This document shows positions 1 through 8,464 of a stretch of 64,000 nucleotides of DNA, one piece after another; position 1 is the first letter of the stretch, and each line of letters starts with the position of its first letter. The translations under genes were made by a program, and so were the position numbers. The stretch is from Candidatus Iainarchaeum sp. (GTDB lineage: Archaea; Iainarchaeota; Iainarchaeia; Iainarchaeales; JAZDDZ01): NCBI GenBank assembly GCA_043809245.1, contig JAZDDZ010000023.1, positions 2,821 through 66,820 on the forward strand, given 5' to 3'. The notes under the pieces were generated by a model. The model saw nothing but the letters and a program-made list of their open reading frames with translations. It searched no databases and was not told the origin of the DNA.

Positions 1-562
1 GAAAAAGTTAGGGGAAGCCATGGGCGTGGAGGTTTTTAAGGCAGGAATAGACAACAGCTCTTTGCTTGGGGTTTTTGCAGTGGCGCTTGGGAAAAAAATC
101 GCTGTGCCGGAGCTGATTGAAGCGCATGAAAAAGCTTTTCTTGAAAAGCGCGGGTTAAAAGTGAAGGTTATGAAAGGAATGGGGGCATTGGGAAACCTTG
201 TGGCAGTGAATGAAAACGCGGGAATTGCAAGCCCATTGCTTTCGGAAAAAGAAGTGAAAGAATTGGCTGAATTTTTTTCAGTTCCCTTTTCACAGGCAAG
301 GCTTGCTGGAATGGATTTGCCAGGGGCAATGATGAAAGTGACATCAAAGGGATTCATTGCGTGCCCGAAAATAAGTGAAAAAGAGTTTGGGTTTTTGAGG
401 AAAACGTTCAAAGTCCACGGGACTGTTACGACCGCGAATTTTGGGGATGTTTTCGTTGGAAACAGCGTTATAGCGAATGCGAATGCAGCGGTTGTTGGCA
501 TGCAGACATCAGGGCACGAGCTGTTGAGGATTGACGAGGGATTACGCGGAGAAGAAAATTAA
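1..562 (+). CDS. eif6: Translation initiation factor 6 (aIF6/eIF6), N-terminally truncated by the window edge
   Basis: Translation carries eIF6-like blocks (IDNSSLLGVFAV..., ...GTVTTANFGDVFVGNSVIANANAAVVG...ELLRIDEGL). It occupies the conserved archaeal eIF6-LX-pfdA-ftsY neighbourhood. About 45 N-terminal residues are missing. Confidence 0.8.
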   Translation, partial: KKLGEAMGVEVFKAGIDNSSLLGVFAVALGKKIAVPELIEAHEKAFLEKRGLKVKVMKGMGALGNLVAVNENAGIASPLLSEKEVKELAEFFSVPFSQARLAGMDLPGAMMKVTSKGFIACPKISEKEFGFLRKTFKVHGTVTTANFGDVFVGNSVIANANAAVVGMQTSGHELLRIDEGLRGEEN

Positions 563-602
563 CGCGGTCAGCTTTAAAAGGTTTTTTGAAGGGGAATAAG
601 TT

Positions 603-821
603 ATGGCAAATAAAAAAGTGAAAAAAGAGAAAACGGAAAAGGCTTTTGAGGTAAAGGGAAAATTCAAGGAAAAAGGCGAAATGAAGGCTTTCTCTAAAAG
701 CGTTTCGGCTTTCAATGAAGGGCATGCAAAGGACAAGGTTTACGGCTTAATGGGCTCAAAGCACAGGGTCCTTAGAAGAATGATTGAAATTGATGAAGTT
801 AACGAAGCAAAAAAAGAGTGA
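603..821 (+). CDS. rplX: Ribosomal protein LX (L18Ae)
   Basis: A 72-aa basic protein whose pattern KAFEVKGKF...KAFSK.V.A.NEGHAKDKVYGLMGSKHRV matches archaeal LX. It sits directly downstream of eIF6, as in the conserved archaeal cluster. Confidence 0.75.
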   Translation: MANKKVKKEKTEKAFEVKGKFKEKGEMKAFSKSVSAFNEGHAKDKVYGLMGSKHRVLRRMIEIDEVNEAKKE

Positions 822-918
822 AGGTGGTTTTTTGGCTGCAAAGAAAAAGGAAAAAAACAGCGATAAAAAAGCAGTGAAAGCTGAGGCAAAGGCTGCTGAA
901 GGGAAAGAGAATGTTAAT

Positions 919-1368
919 ATGTCTCCCCAGCAGGTTGTTGAGTTATTTGAAGTTGAAAGGGCAAAATTGAATGCATTGAACCGCGACATAAGCATGACTG
1001 TTAACGCGAGAAGGGACATTCAGGCAGCAATTGATTTATTGAATGAATTCCAAATAGGCGGAAAAGAAGCCCAGGTAAAAGTGCCTATTGGAGCAGGGCT
1101 TATGGTTGACGCGACAATAACCAACACAAAAGAGGTTGTAAGCGGTGTTCCGGGAAACGTTTTCCTGCCAAAGTCCGCGGATGAAGCGAAAAAGGACTTG
1201 GAGAAAAAAGCAAAAGCAATTGACAGCGAACTGAACGCAATGAGCGCTGAACAGCAGAGAATAGGCGGAAACATTGAGAACTTGGGCAACGCGATTAACA
1301 CAATCAAAAAACAGATTGCAAGGCAGCAGCAACAGCAGCAAAGCAGAAGCACGCCGGTAATCGGCTGA
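919..1368 (+). CDS. pfdA: Prefoldin alpha subunit
   Basis: Coiled-coil / beta-hairpin / coiled-coil layout (VPIGAGLMVDATI...). It lies in the conserved position after LX. The ORF track starts at 784 and would overlap LX. The ATG at 919 gives a typical 150-aa prefoldin alpha. The C-terminus has a poly-Q run. Confidence 0.75.
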   Translation: MSPQQVVELFEVERAKLNALNRDISMTVNARRDIQAAIDLLNEFQIGGKEAQVKVPIGAGLMVDATITNTKEVVSGVPGNVFLPKSADEAKKDLEKKAKAIDSELNAMSAEQQRIGGNIENLGNAINTIKKQIARQQQQQQSRSTPVIG

Positions 1369-1379
1369 CCGAAAAAGAA

Positions 1380-2537
1380 CTATTTTTTTGAACGCGTTTT
1401 AAGCTCATCAATAAGAGGCAAATGCATATCCAACCTGTACTGCCTTTCCCATGTAATGTACTCATCTCTTTTTTTTTCAGCGGAAATTAATAATCGCCTA
1501 ACCTTCATGAATTTTTGAATATTTTTTCCGCCATGGTCAGGGTGAAGTGCCTTTAGCCGTTCCCTTAGGCCTGCTACAACTGATTTAAATGAGCCTATTT
1601 GTTTCCTTGAACTGGCATTTCTAGCACCTAAATATAATGTATATGTCACCCCCTTTTTTTCAATTTTGATTATTAGGTCGGGCTCTCTTTTAAAGTTTAA
1701 CAGGGATTGCACATTTCGCCCTGGCATTGCTGCCAAATCAATATTTTTCCTCCTTATTGCAGAAAGCACATTATCCGTGTTGGTTCCAAGCCAGCTTGCT
1801 GCTTTTTTTACATCTCCGCCGCCAATCCGCAAAGCAGTACTAACCAGAATTTTCTCCAGCCTCATTTTTTCGCGCATATTAGCTGAAGCCAACTCCAATG
1901 CGGCTACTTTTGGATGCACAGCTGCTTTCTTTGATTTCTGCTTTATAACCTGCCTTCTTGCCCGATCCCCTGTGGTTTTTTTCAAAGACTTCGGGGCAGG
2001 CAAATGAGTGCGCATAAACTCTTCGTTTATGTTAACCCCTTGTTTTGCTGCGAGTTTTTTAACAGTAGCCGCGCTCAAGTTAAGCCGCCTAGCAGCCCGG
2101 TCAATATCCCACAACTCGGCCTGCAAAGCCTTTAACGCCAGCAAAGACTTGATTTTCCCAGAAACATCGCCAAATTTTTTAGAATATTTCCAAAGTGTTT
2201 TTGGATGAATAGAAAGCAGGGTTGCCGCTTTTTTCATATTTCCATTTGTTGCAACAAGAGCCCTTACGTATTGCTCAGCACTCACATGCGATTGTGGCTT
2301 ATATGGCGGAGTAAGGGCTGGTTCTTTTGGCTTTTTTGTTTTGCTTTTAACTCGATACAAGTCAGCCATATTGGATAGTACTGTACGGTGTATGCCTGAT
2401 GCCCTTGCTGCAGCAGAATAATTCCAGCCATGGCATGACAAGAGTTCTACCAATTTCGCTCTGCTAATAACGACTTTTTCATGGCGCAGCGAGGGTTTTA
2501 TCACACGACTTCTTTTGATGGCACGCCCTGGCGGCAT
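1380..2537 (-). CDS. Protein with four tandem Fis-type HTH repeats and a C-terminal J domain (HPD motif)
   Basis: Four repeats of the pattern (A)A(R/K)xLGIxRxTLxxKxKK are typical of the HTH_8/Fis family. The C-terminus reads RLKALHPDHGG...FMKVRRLL...KR.EY, which is J-domain-like. The gene lies on the opposite strand between pfdA and ftsY. Confidence 0.5.
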   Translation of the reverse strand: MPPGRAIKRSRVIKPSLRHEKVVISRAKLVELLSCHGWNYSAAARASGIHRTVLSNMADLYRVKSKTKKPKEPALTPPYKPQSHVSAEQYVRALVATNGNMKKAATLLSIHPKTLWKYSKKFGDVSGKIKSLLALKALQAELWDIDRAARRLNLSAATVKKLAAKQGVNINEEFMRTHLPAPKSLKKTTGDRARRQVIKQKSKKAAVHPKVAALELASANMREKMRLEKILVSTALRIGGGDVKKAASWLGTNTDNVLSAIRRKNIDLAAMPGRNVQSLLNFKREPDLIIKIEKKGVTYTLYLGARNASSRKQIGSFKSVVAGLRERLKALHPDHGGKNIQKFMKVRRLLISAEKKRDEYITWERQYRLDMHLPLIDELKTRSKK

Positions 2538-2598
2538 AATAAAACTTACCCCAATTAAAATGATAAAATAGACGGTATATATTTCTTACTGCAAAAAG

Positions 2599-3684
2599 GT
2601 GGAAAGAATGTTCGACTTATTGAAGAAAAAGATCGCTTCTTTCACGGAAAGGTTCGCGGAAAAAGTCGAGGAAAAAAAGGAAGAGGCAGCAGAGCGGCAA
2701 GAAGAGGCAGTGGAGAAAGAGGAAGCTGCAACGGAGCAGCAGAAGGCTGCTTTAGGGCAAAAGGAAGAGCCAATTGTTGAGGGCGAAAAACGCGAATTGA
2801 AGGCAAAAATCGGGATTGCTAAAAAAATCAAGGCAATTGTGGGGGCGGAAATAAGAATTGATGAAAAAGACGTTGAAGAATTATTGGATGAACTGGAGCT
2901 TTCATTGCTTGAAGCGGACGTGGAGCAGGAAACAGCGCAGGCAATTGTTTCAAGCATAAAAGAAGGGTTTGTCGGGAAAAAAATCTCCGGAAAAGAAAAT
3001 GTTTCAGAGCAATTGAAAAGAGAAATCAAGGGCGTGCTGTTGAAGATAATGGAAACGGAGCAGGTGAATTTCTTTGAACGGGTTTCGGGAAAAAAGCCTT
3101 TTGTGATTCTTTTTTTGGGGCCAAACGGAGCGGGAAAAACCACGACAATTTCAAAGCTCACGCATTTGCTGCAATTGAAGGGAAAGAAAGTGATTTGGGC
3201 TGCAAGCGACACGTTTCGCGCTGCATCAATTGAACAATTGGAAAAGCACGCGGAAAAATTGGGTGTACGCGTTGTAAAGCACAATTATGGGGCAGACCCT
3301 GCAGCTGTTGCGTTTGACGCAGTGAAGTCAGCTGAAGCGAAAGGAATAGATGTGGTTTTGATTGATTCTGCGGGAAGGCAGGAGACAAACAAGAACTTAA
3401 TGGAGGAAATGAAGAAAATCTGCAGGGTGGCAAAACCCGATTTAAAGGTTTACGTTGGAGAGGCATTCACTGGCCAGGCATTATTGCAGCAGGCAAAAGA
3501 ATTCAATGAAGCACTTGGATTGGATGGCTTCATTTTAACGAAACTGGATGTTGACGCAAAAGGCGGAACCGCAATTTCACTGCTTTACTCGCTGAAAAAA
3601 CCCATTTTGTTTGTCGGAGTCGGGCAGGAATACGCTGACTTGCAGGAATTCAATGCGGAAAAAATAGTGGAAAGGATTGTGTAA
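2599..3684 (+). CDS. ftsY: Signal recognition particle receptor FtsY
   Basis: Acidic Glu/Lys-rich N-terminal region, then the SRP-GTPase NG domain (GPNGAGKTTT, DSAGR, TKLDVDAKGG). Confidence 0.95.
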   Translation: MERMFDLLKKKIASFTERFAEKVEEKKEEAAERQEEAVEKEEAATEQQKAALGQKEEPIVEGEKRELKAKIGIAKKIKAIVGAEIRIDEKDVEELLDELELSLLEADVEQETAQAIVSSIKEGFVGKKISGKENVSEQLKREIKGVLLKIMETEQVNFFERVSGKKPFVILFLGPNGAGKTTTISKLTHLLQLKGKKVIWAASDTFRAASIEQLEKHAEKLGVRVVKHNYGADPAAVAFDAVKSAEAKGIDVVLIDSAGRQETNKNLMEEMKKICRVAKPDLKVYVGEAFTGQALLQQAKEFNEALGLDGFILTKLDVDAKGGTAISLLYSLKKPILFVGVGQEYADLQEFNAEKIVERIV

Positions 3685-3689
3685 ACAAA

Positions 3690-3737
3690 AAAATTCCGCA
3701 CCGGCAATCTACTCCCTCAAAGCGTTTATAAATCACG
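3690..3737. promoter_or_regulatory. Copy A of a conserved ~45-bp intergenic element (aaattccgcaccggcaatctactccctcaaagcgtttataaatc) ending in a TATA-like box
   Basis: Near-identical copies occur at 20445-20490 and 21990-22032. All three start within 10 nt after a stop codon of a + strand gene. The 3' part is TATA-like (tttataaa). Confidence 0.5.
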
Positions 3738-3910
3738 TTAACGCGTATCTGTACGAGGTGATTTTTTTATGTTCGGCTCGAATCTATTGGTTTTCATTGA
3801 AGGGAATGGAAATTCCCTTAAAAAGGTGCGGTTTGCCTCCCTTAACTCCCCTTGCGCCAGCCTAAATAATTAATAATGTTTTCGCTGGAGAAAATGTTCG
3901 GTGATATTGT

Positions 3911-4240
3911 TTGAAAGTTAAGGATTTGAAGGCAAGGGCAGCGGTTCCCGAAATAGAACTGGACATTGTTTCGGTTGGAGAGGAAAGGAAGTTCGCGAAC
4001 GAAAGGGGCTCTGGAAGAGTCGCTAACGCAGCGGGAAAAGATGACACCGGAGAAATAAAGGTCTCCTTGTGGAATGAGCAAATAGACCAGGTAAGCGAGG
4101 GAGCCAAGATAAAGATAGAGAACGGCTGGGTTTCCGAATACCAGGGCCAGAAACAGTTGAGCACTGGAAGAGGGGGCACCTTAACCATTGTAAAAGGCGG
4201 TTCAGGGAAAGCGGCAGCGGAAGAAGCGGAAGAGGAATAA
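3911..4240 (+). CDS. Single OB-fold ssDNA-binding (SSB/RPA-like) protein
   Basis: 109 aa from a TTG start. The OB-fold pattern EERKF.NERGSGRVANA...DTGEIKVSLWNEQ...GAKIKIENGWVSEY.GQKQL resembles small euryarchaeal SSB/RPA-like proteins. The C-terminal tail is acidic. Confidence 0.65.
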   Translation: MKVKDLKARAAVPEIELDIVSVGEERKFANERGSGRVANAAGKDDTGEIKVSLWNEQIDQVSEGAKIKIENGWVSEYQGQKQLSTGRGGTLTIVKGGSGKAAAEEAEEE

Positions 4241-4261
4241 AGCCTTAAAACCTGCTTTTAA

Positions 4262-4291
4262 CGGCTTTAATGGGCTTTAAAGGGCTTTAAA
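4262..4291. repeat. Three tandem copies of a 9-10 nt unit (GGCTTTAAN)
   Basis: Read directly: acGGCTTTAAtgGGCTTTAAagGGCTTTAAaa, in the intergenic space after the OB-fold gene. Confidence 0.6.
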
Positions 4292-4392
4292 ACCGAAGCA
4301 AAACGAAGAGTTTTTAAAGACTTAAAGCACCTATTATATTGTACTGGTTTCTTGTTTGAGATCGTATTAACCCCCAAAAAAAACCAAAAACC

Positions 4393-4421
4393 CCAAAGCC
4401 ATGCTTTGCTTTGGCTTTTTT
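4393..4421. terminator. Hairpin flanked by an A-tract and a T-tract (candidate bidirectional terminator)
   Basis: ccccaaagccatgctttgctttggcttttttg. The stem aaagcca/tggcttt is preceded by aaaaaaaacc and followed by a T6 run. Confidence 0.4.
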
Positions 4422-4490
4422 GATTCAATTGGTTTTCGCATCTGAACGGTTTCCCGTATTAAAGCAAAAGGATTGGAGGAATGGTGAATA

Positions 4491-4718
4491 ATGTCTTTTA
4501 GCAAGTACAACACGCACAGGTTCAAGCCCGAGGTGCCGGTAAAGGAAGGCGAAATGTACGACGTTGAAATTGAAGGAGTGGGCGAGAAAGGAGACGGAAT
4601 CGCGCGCATCCAGGGATTTGTCGTAATAGTGCCAAACACAAAACAGGGCGATAAGGTAAAGGTAAAGGTTAACGCCGTGAGGGGAAAGGTTTCCTTTGCG
4701 GAAGTAGTGCAGAACTAA
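4491..4718 (+). CDS. TRAM-domain protein
   Basis: 75 aa. EGEMYDVEIEGVGEKGDGIARIQGFVVIVPNTKQGDKVKVKV is the classic standalone archaeal TRAM signature. Confidence 0.75.
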   Translation: MSFSKYNTHRFKPEVPVKEGEMYDVEIEGVGEKGDGIARIQGFVVIVPNTKQGDKVKVKVNAVRGKVSFAEVVQN

Positions 4719-4769
4719 AAGCGTGTTTTGTTGGAAAAAAAATTGTTTTTTTAGCGAGGTGAAAAAAGA

Positions 4770-5090
4770 ATGGCATTGAATGAAAAAATGTTCCTGGCTG
4801 ACTTGAGCGATGACGACGATTCCTTTGAATTGCCGCAGGCAAACGAGCAGATGAGGCTCAGGCTCTTGAAGCAGGAGCTAAGGCTGAGGAAAAAGCAGCC
4901 AACGGCTTGGACTAAAACCAAATTCAGGCCTTACGCCAATTTCAGGACAAAAAAGGCTGAAAAAGCTGAAGCTGAAATGATTGCCGTAGAACAGGCAAAA
5001 ACAGATGCAGCAAAGGCAGTGAAAAAGAAAGCCACTGCATCCAAGGCAAAAAAAGTTCAGAAGAAAAAGAAAAAAGCCAATAAAAAGTAA
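4770..5090 (+). CDS. Hypothetical Lys-rich protein
   Basis: 106-aa ORF with an acidic N-terminus and a strongly basic, Lys/Ala-rich C-terminus. No recognisable family. It lies in a sense intergenic slot with a promoter-like AT box upstream. Confidence 0.4.
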   Translation: MALNEKMFLADLSDDDDSFELPQANEQMRLRLLKQELRLRKKQPTAWTKTKFRPYANFRTKKAEKAEAEMIAVEQAKTDAAKAVKKKATASKAKKVQKKKKKANKK

Positions 5091-5158
5091 AAGGCTTTTT
5101 TCCTGTTTCTCTTTTTTAATTAAAAATCTAACTAGCCCCTATTATATTCGGTGAAGCA

Positions 5159-6502
5159 ATGGGTTTAGGCGAGCAACTCAGAAAGGCACTGGAAAGGCTG
5201 AGGAATTCAACTGTTCTGGACAAGGAAACAGTGAAGGAAGCAGTCAAGGAACTGCAGCGCGCGCTAATTGCATCAGATGTAGAGGTAAAGCTTGTACTAG
5301 AATTAAGCAAAAAAATAGAGCGGGAAGCGTTCAAAGACCTGCATCCCTCAATAAACAGAAAAGAGCACATAATCAAGACAACTTATGATCTTCTCTCGGA
5401 ACTGATTGGGGGAGAGGGAAAAAAGGCGCCGGAAAAGCCGAAAAAAATTCTTCTGGTCGGACTCTTTGGGCAGGGAAAAAGCACTTCGACCGCAAAACTT
5501 GCAAAATACTATTCGAAGCGCGGATTGAAAGTCGGAATGATATGTGCTGATTCTTTCCGTCCAGCGGCATTCGAGCAATTGAAGCAATTAAGTGAAAAAA
5601 ATAAGATTGCCTTTTACGGAAACCCAAAGGAAAAAAACGCTGCAAAAATCGTTAAGGAAGGATTGCAGGAATTGAAGGGCTTTGATTTGGTTATAGTGGA
5701 CAGTGCGGGGAGAAGCGCACTTGACAAGGAGCTTGTGAAAGAAATAAAGGAAGTCAACAGCGTGTTGAAAGCGGATGAAAGATGGCTTGTGTTGGGCGCT
5801 GATGTTGGGCAGATAGCAAAAAAGCAGGCGCAGGCATTCCATGAAGCAGTTGGAGTGAATGGCGTAATTATCACGAGAATGGATGGAAGCGCGAAAGGCG
5901 GAGGGGCGCTTGCAGCATGCAATGAAACAAGCGCGCCGGTGTACTTCATTGGAACAGGGGAAAAAGCAGATGATTTGCAGGAGTTTGATTCCCAGAGGTT
6001 TTTGGGAAGAATAATGGGTTATGGGGATTTGCAGGCATTGCTTGAGAAAGCCGAAGAGGTTCAGGAAGAAGAGGAACTGGATTTGGAAGAGTTAATGAAA
6101 GGCGAATTTAACCTTGATGTTTTTTACAAGCAGTTAAAGGCAGCGAGGAAAATGGGGCCATTGAATAAAGTCATGGAAATGATGGGAATGGGAATGCAGG
6201 TTCCAAAGGAACAAATGGAATTGACCGAGGAAAAGCTTGACGCATTCAAGTACATCATGGATTCAATGACAAAAGAGGAAAAGCTTGACCCTGAGAAAAT
6301 AAACAAGAGCAGGATTGAAAGGATCGCTAAGGGAAGCGGGAAAAGCGAGCAGGATGTGAGGGAGCTGTTAAAGCACTTCAAGCAGATGAAGAACGTGTTC
6401 AAAAAATTCAGGAAAATTGACGAGAAAACAATGAAGAAAGGAATGGACATGAACAAAATGATGCAAATGTTCGGCAAAAAAAAGAAAATGAAGATAAGGT
6501 AG
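5159..6502 (+). CDS. srp54: Signal recognition particle protein SRP54
   Basis: N domain, then G domain (GLFGQGKSTSTAKLA, DSAGR, ITRMDGSAKGG) and a Met-rich M domain (MMGMGMQ...MNKMMQMFG). Confidence 0.95.
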   Translation: MGLGEQLRKALERLRNSTVLDKETVKEAVKELQRALIASDVEVKLVLELSKKIEREAFKDLHPSINRKEHIIKTTYDLLSELIGGEGKKAPEKPKKILLVGLFGQGKSTSTAKLAKYYSKRGLKVGMICADSFRPAAFEQLKQLSEKNKIAFYGNPKEKNAAKIVKEGLQELKGFDLVIVDSAGRSALDKELVKEIKEVNSVLKADERWLVLGADVGQIAKKQAQAFHEAVGVNGVIITRMDGSAKGGGALAACNETSAPVYFIGTGEKADDLQEFDSQRFLGRIMGYGDLQALLEKAEEVQEEEELDLEELMKGEFNLDVFYKQLKAARKMGPLNKVMEMMGMGMQVPKEQMELTEEKLDAFKYIMDSMTKEEKLDPEKINKSRIERIAKGSGKSEQDVRELLKHFKQMKNVFKKFRKIDEKTMKKGMDMNKMMQMFGKKKKMKIR

Positions 6503-6775
6503 GAATAAAAGGCCTTTGGGGAAACTGTTTGCTTATGTCGCCGAGGAGAAATAGAAGAGCAGGGGCGCATAATCTTGCAGGTGACCCGCGGTTATGGGAG
6601 CCAACTGCCAACATTAGGCCGGGAGCCATAGTTCGGCAGAAAAGGCACACTGGGAAAATAAATTTAGACAAAGGAATGAAAAAAATTGGCGGCGGCACTG
6701 ATAAGCCTGCCGGGCTAAAAAGGCGATTTAAAAAAGCTCATTAAGTTTAAAATAAGTCAACCCTATTTTTTTGTT

Positions 6776-7594
6776 ATGGAACTCCTTTTATTCAGGGAAA
6801 TTGTTTTGATTGCAGCAACTGGAATTGCGGCGTGGACTGATTTGAGGACAGGGCTGATAAACGACTGGCTAACATATCCTTTGATTGCAATTGGCGCGAT
6901 ATTCGGTTTGCTGGAGTTTGACTGGACTGCGTTTGGATTGGCTGCAGTGGTTTTCGCAATAGGCTATGCCTTGTATTATTTTGGGAAATTCGGGGGCGGA
7001 GACGTAAAGCTTTTCACTGGAATCGCTTTGGTGCTGCCTTTTTTTCAGGGGCAATTGTTCATTTTGAACGTTGTGATTGTTTCAGCGCTTGTTTCATTCG
7101 TGGCGCTGCCATTGTACTTTGTGCCGAAATACTTCAGCAAAGGGTTTGAGTGGGCTGAGAACAGGCAAAGGGTTTTGGAATCGCTCTTGATTGGGGTCGT
7201 GCTTTTGTTTTACTTTTATTTCCTCGCTTCCTCGGGGCTGGTTTCAGTGGAATACGCGCTTGGGCTTGGATTGCCGATTGCCTTTGCATTGGTTTTCGTT
7301 GCATTCGAAAAGGGGATAAAGAAAAAGGTTTTTCTGCGGAAAGTGAAATTGGGGGAATTGGATGAGGATGAACTGGTTGCGGTTGAAGAGCTTGATGAGA
7401 AGACAAGGAATGAATTGAAGATGGGTTTGAAGGCGATAATCGGCGAGAAGGAGAAAGCAAAATTAAAGGAAATGGGAATAAATGAAGTTCCGGTTTACAG
7501 AAACCTTCCTCGATTCGGGCCGTTCATTTTCATTGGGACAGTTTTGCTGATTGCATTTCCACAGCTGGCTAATTTTTTTCTGAAGGGATTCTGA
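6776..7594 (+). CDS. A24-family prepilin/preflagellin (pre-archaellin) peptidase-like membrane protein
   Basis: Polytopic membrane protein with the two catalytic Asp blocks (AAWTDLRTGLI and FGGGDVKLF). The C-terminal cytoplasmic extension is charged. Confidence 0.7.
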   Translation: MELLLFREIVLIAATGIAAWTDLRTGLINDWLTYPLIAIGAIFGLLEFDWTAFGLAAVVFAIGYALYYFGKFGGGDVKLFTGIALVLPFFQGQLFILNVVIVSALVSFVALPLYFVPKYFSKGFEWAENRQRVLESLLIGVVLLFYFYFLASSGLVSVEYALGLGLPIAFALVFVAFEKGIKKKVFLRKVKLGELDEDELVAVEELDEKTRNELKMGLKAIIGEKEKAKLKEMGINEVPVYRNLPRFGPFIFIGTVLLIAFPQLANFFLKGF

Positions 7595-8464
7595 TTGCAT
7601 GTGAAAAAAGATGCCCCAAAAACAAAGCAGTTGCTTTTTCCATTCATGTATGGGGCGAAAGACCTGAGGAAACAGCTATTCGCCGAAGGGTACAGAGAGT
7701 TAGCAGAGCATTATCCCGAAATAAAACGAAGAGTGCATTTAAACGCCATGAGGCTTCCTACTCTTCAGGCAGACTTGAAAAATCTTAGCAAAAAAAAATT
7801 GCCTTGGTTCGAAAGAGTTCAAATCGCAATCAGATTAGGCACTTTTAGAGAACGCGGGGGGGTCAAGGCGTTATGCAAACTTATTTATGATTCCAACCCC
7901 GAAGTGCGCAAAAACGCCGCAGTATCGTTGAACTATGTTGCTGATAGACGGGCACTTAAACCATTGATGAATGCAATTGCAAAAGAAGAGATAGCGCAGG
8001 TTAGAAATGCCCTTGTTTTGGGAATTGAAGGAAGCGGAGGCATGGAACAGTTAATTTCTGCCATAGCAGAAGGGCGGCTAGGTCCGCCAAAACTTAATGA
8101 TAGCCAGATTAATGAACGGGCTAAAAAGATTAGGGGGGCAGAACTTGATGAAAGAAGTAACAAGATAACTTATTCTGAGAGAAAAAAAATGCTGAATGCT
8201 ATAAAAAATTCAAATTTTATAAAATATAAAGGAAGAAAAATTTGGGTTGTTGATGGGCTCCCGGGCCTTGGCAGGTTTTTGTTTGGCTTAATTTTTATTG
8301 ACAGCAAAATACCTAAAAAATTTCAGGAAGTTGTCATTCTTCACGAATTTGGGGAATACTTTGGCCATGACATTGCAGTTGATGTTGAGCAATACGCCGC
8401 AAGCAGAAAAGGGGTATTTAGAGATTTGCTAAACTGGAATAAAATAATCAGAAGGAAGCACTAA
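7595..8464 (+). CDS. HEAT/PBS-lyase repeat protein, function unknown
   Basis: Repeats of the type DSNPEVRKNAAVSLNYVADRRALKPLMNAI. The C-terminal part contains HEFGEYFGHD. Confidence 0.45.
   Translation: MHVKKDAPKTKQLLFPFMYGAKDLRKQLFAEGYRELAEHYPEIKRRVHLNAMRLPTLQADLKNLSKKKLPWFERVQIAIRLGTFRERGGVKALCKLIYDSNPEVRKNAAVSLNYVADRRALKPLMNAIAKEEIAQVRNALVLGIEGSGGMEQLISAIAEGRLGPPKLNDSQINERAKKIRGAELDERSNKITYSERKKMLNAIKNSNFIKYKGRKIWVVDGLPGLGRFLFGLIFIDSKIPKKFQEVVILHEFGEYFGHDIAVDVEQYAASRKGVFRDLLNWNKIIRRKH

Noticed and set aside
2586-3284. 232-aa antisense ORF overlapping ftsY. Similar antisense ORFs occur at 33255..34358, 29133..29822, 42204..42860, 43854..44345, 16570..17052 and 18930..19346.
   Set aside because: Each is embedded on the opposite strand of a strongly supported gene with clear family motifs. 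Their compositions are Ser/Cys/Phe-rich, typical of reverse-frame artefacts.
3677-3865. 62-aa ORF immediately after ftsY
   Set aside because: It overlaps the conserved 45-bp element and a TATA-like box and has a low-complexity hydrophobic composition. It is more likely a 5' leader or regulatory DNA.
4262-4291. Possible CRISPR-like tandem repeat
   Set aside because: Only three 9-10 nt units with 0-1 nt spacers. No spacer-sized unique segments and no cas genes. It is a simple tandem repeat.
6529-6744. 71-aa Arg/Gly-rich ORF as a confident CDS
   Set aside because: Composition is biased by the local GC-rich sequence and start context is poor. It is kept only as a remark within the spacer finding.
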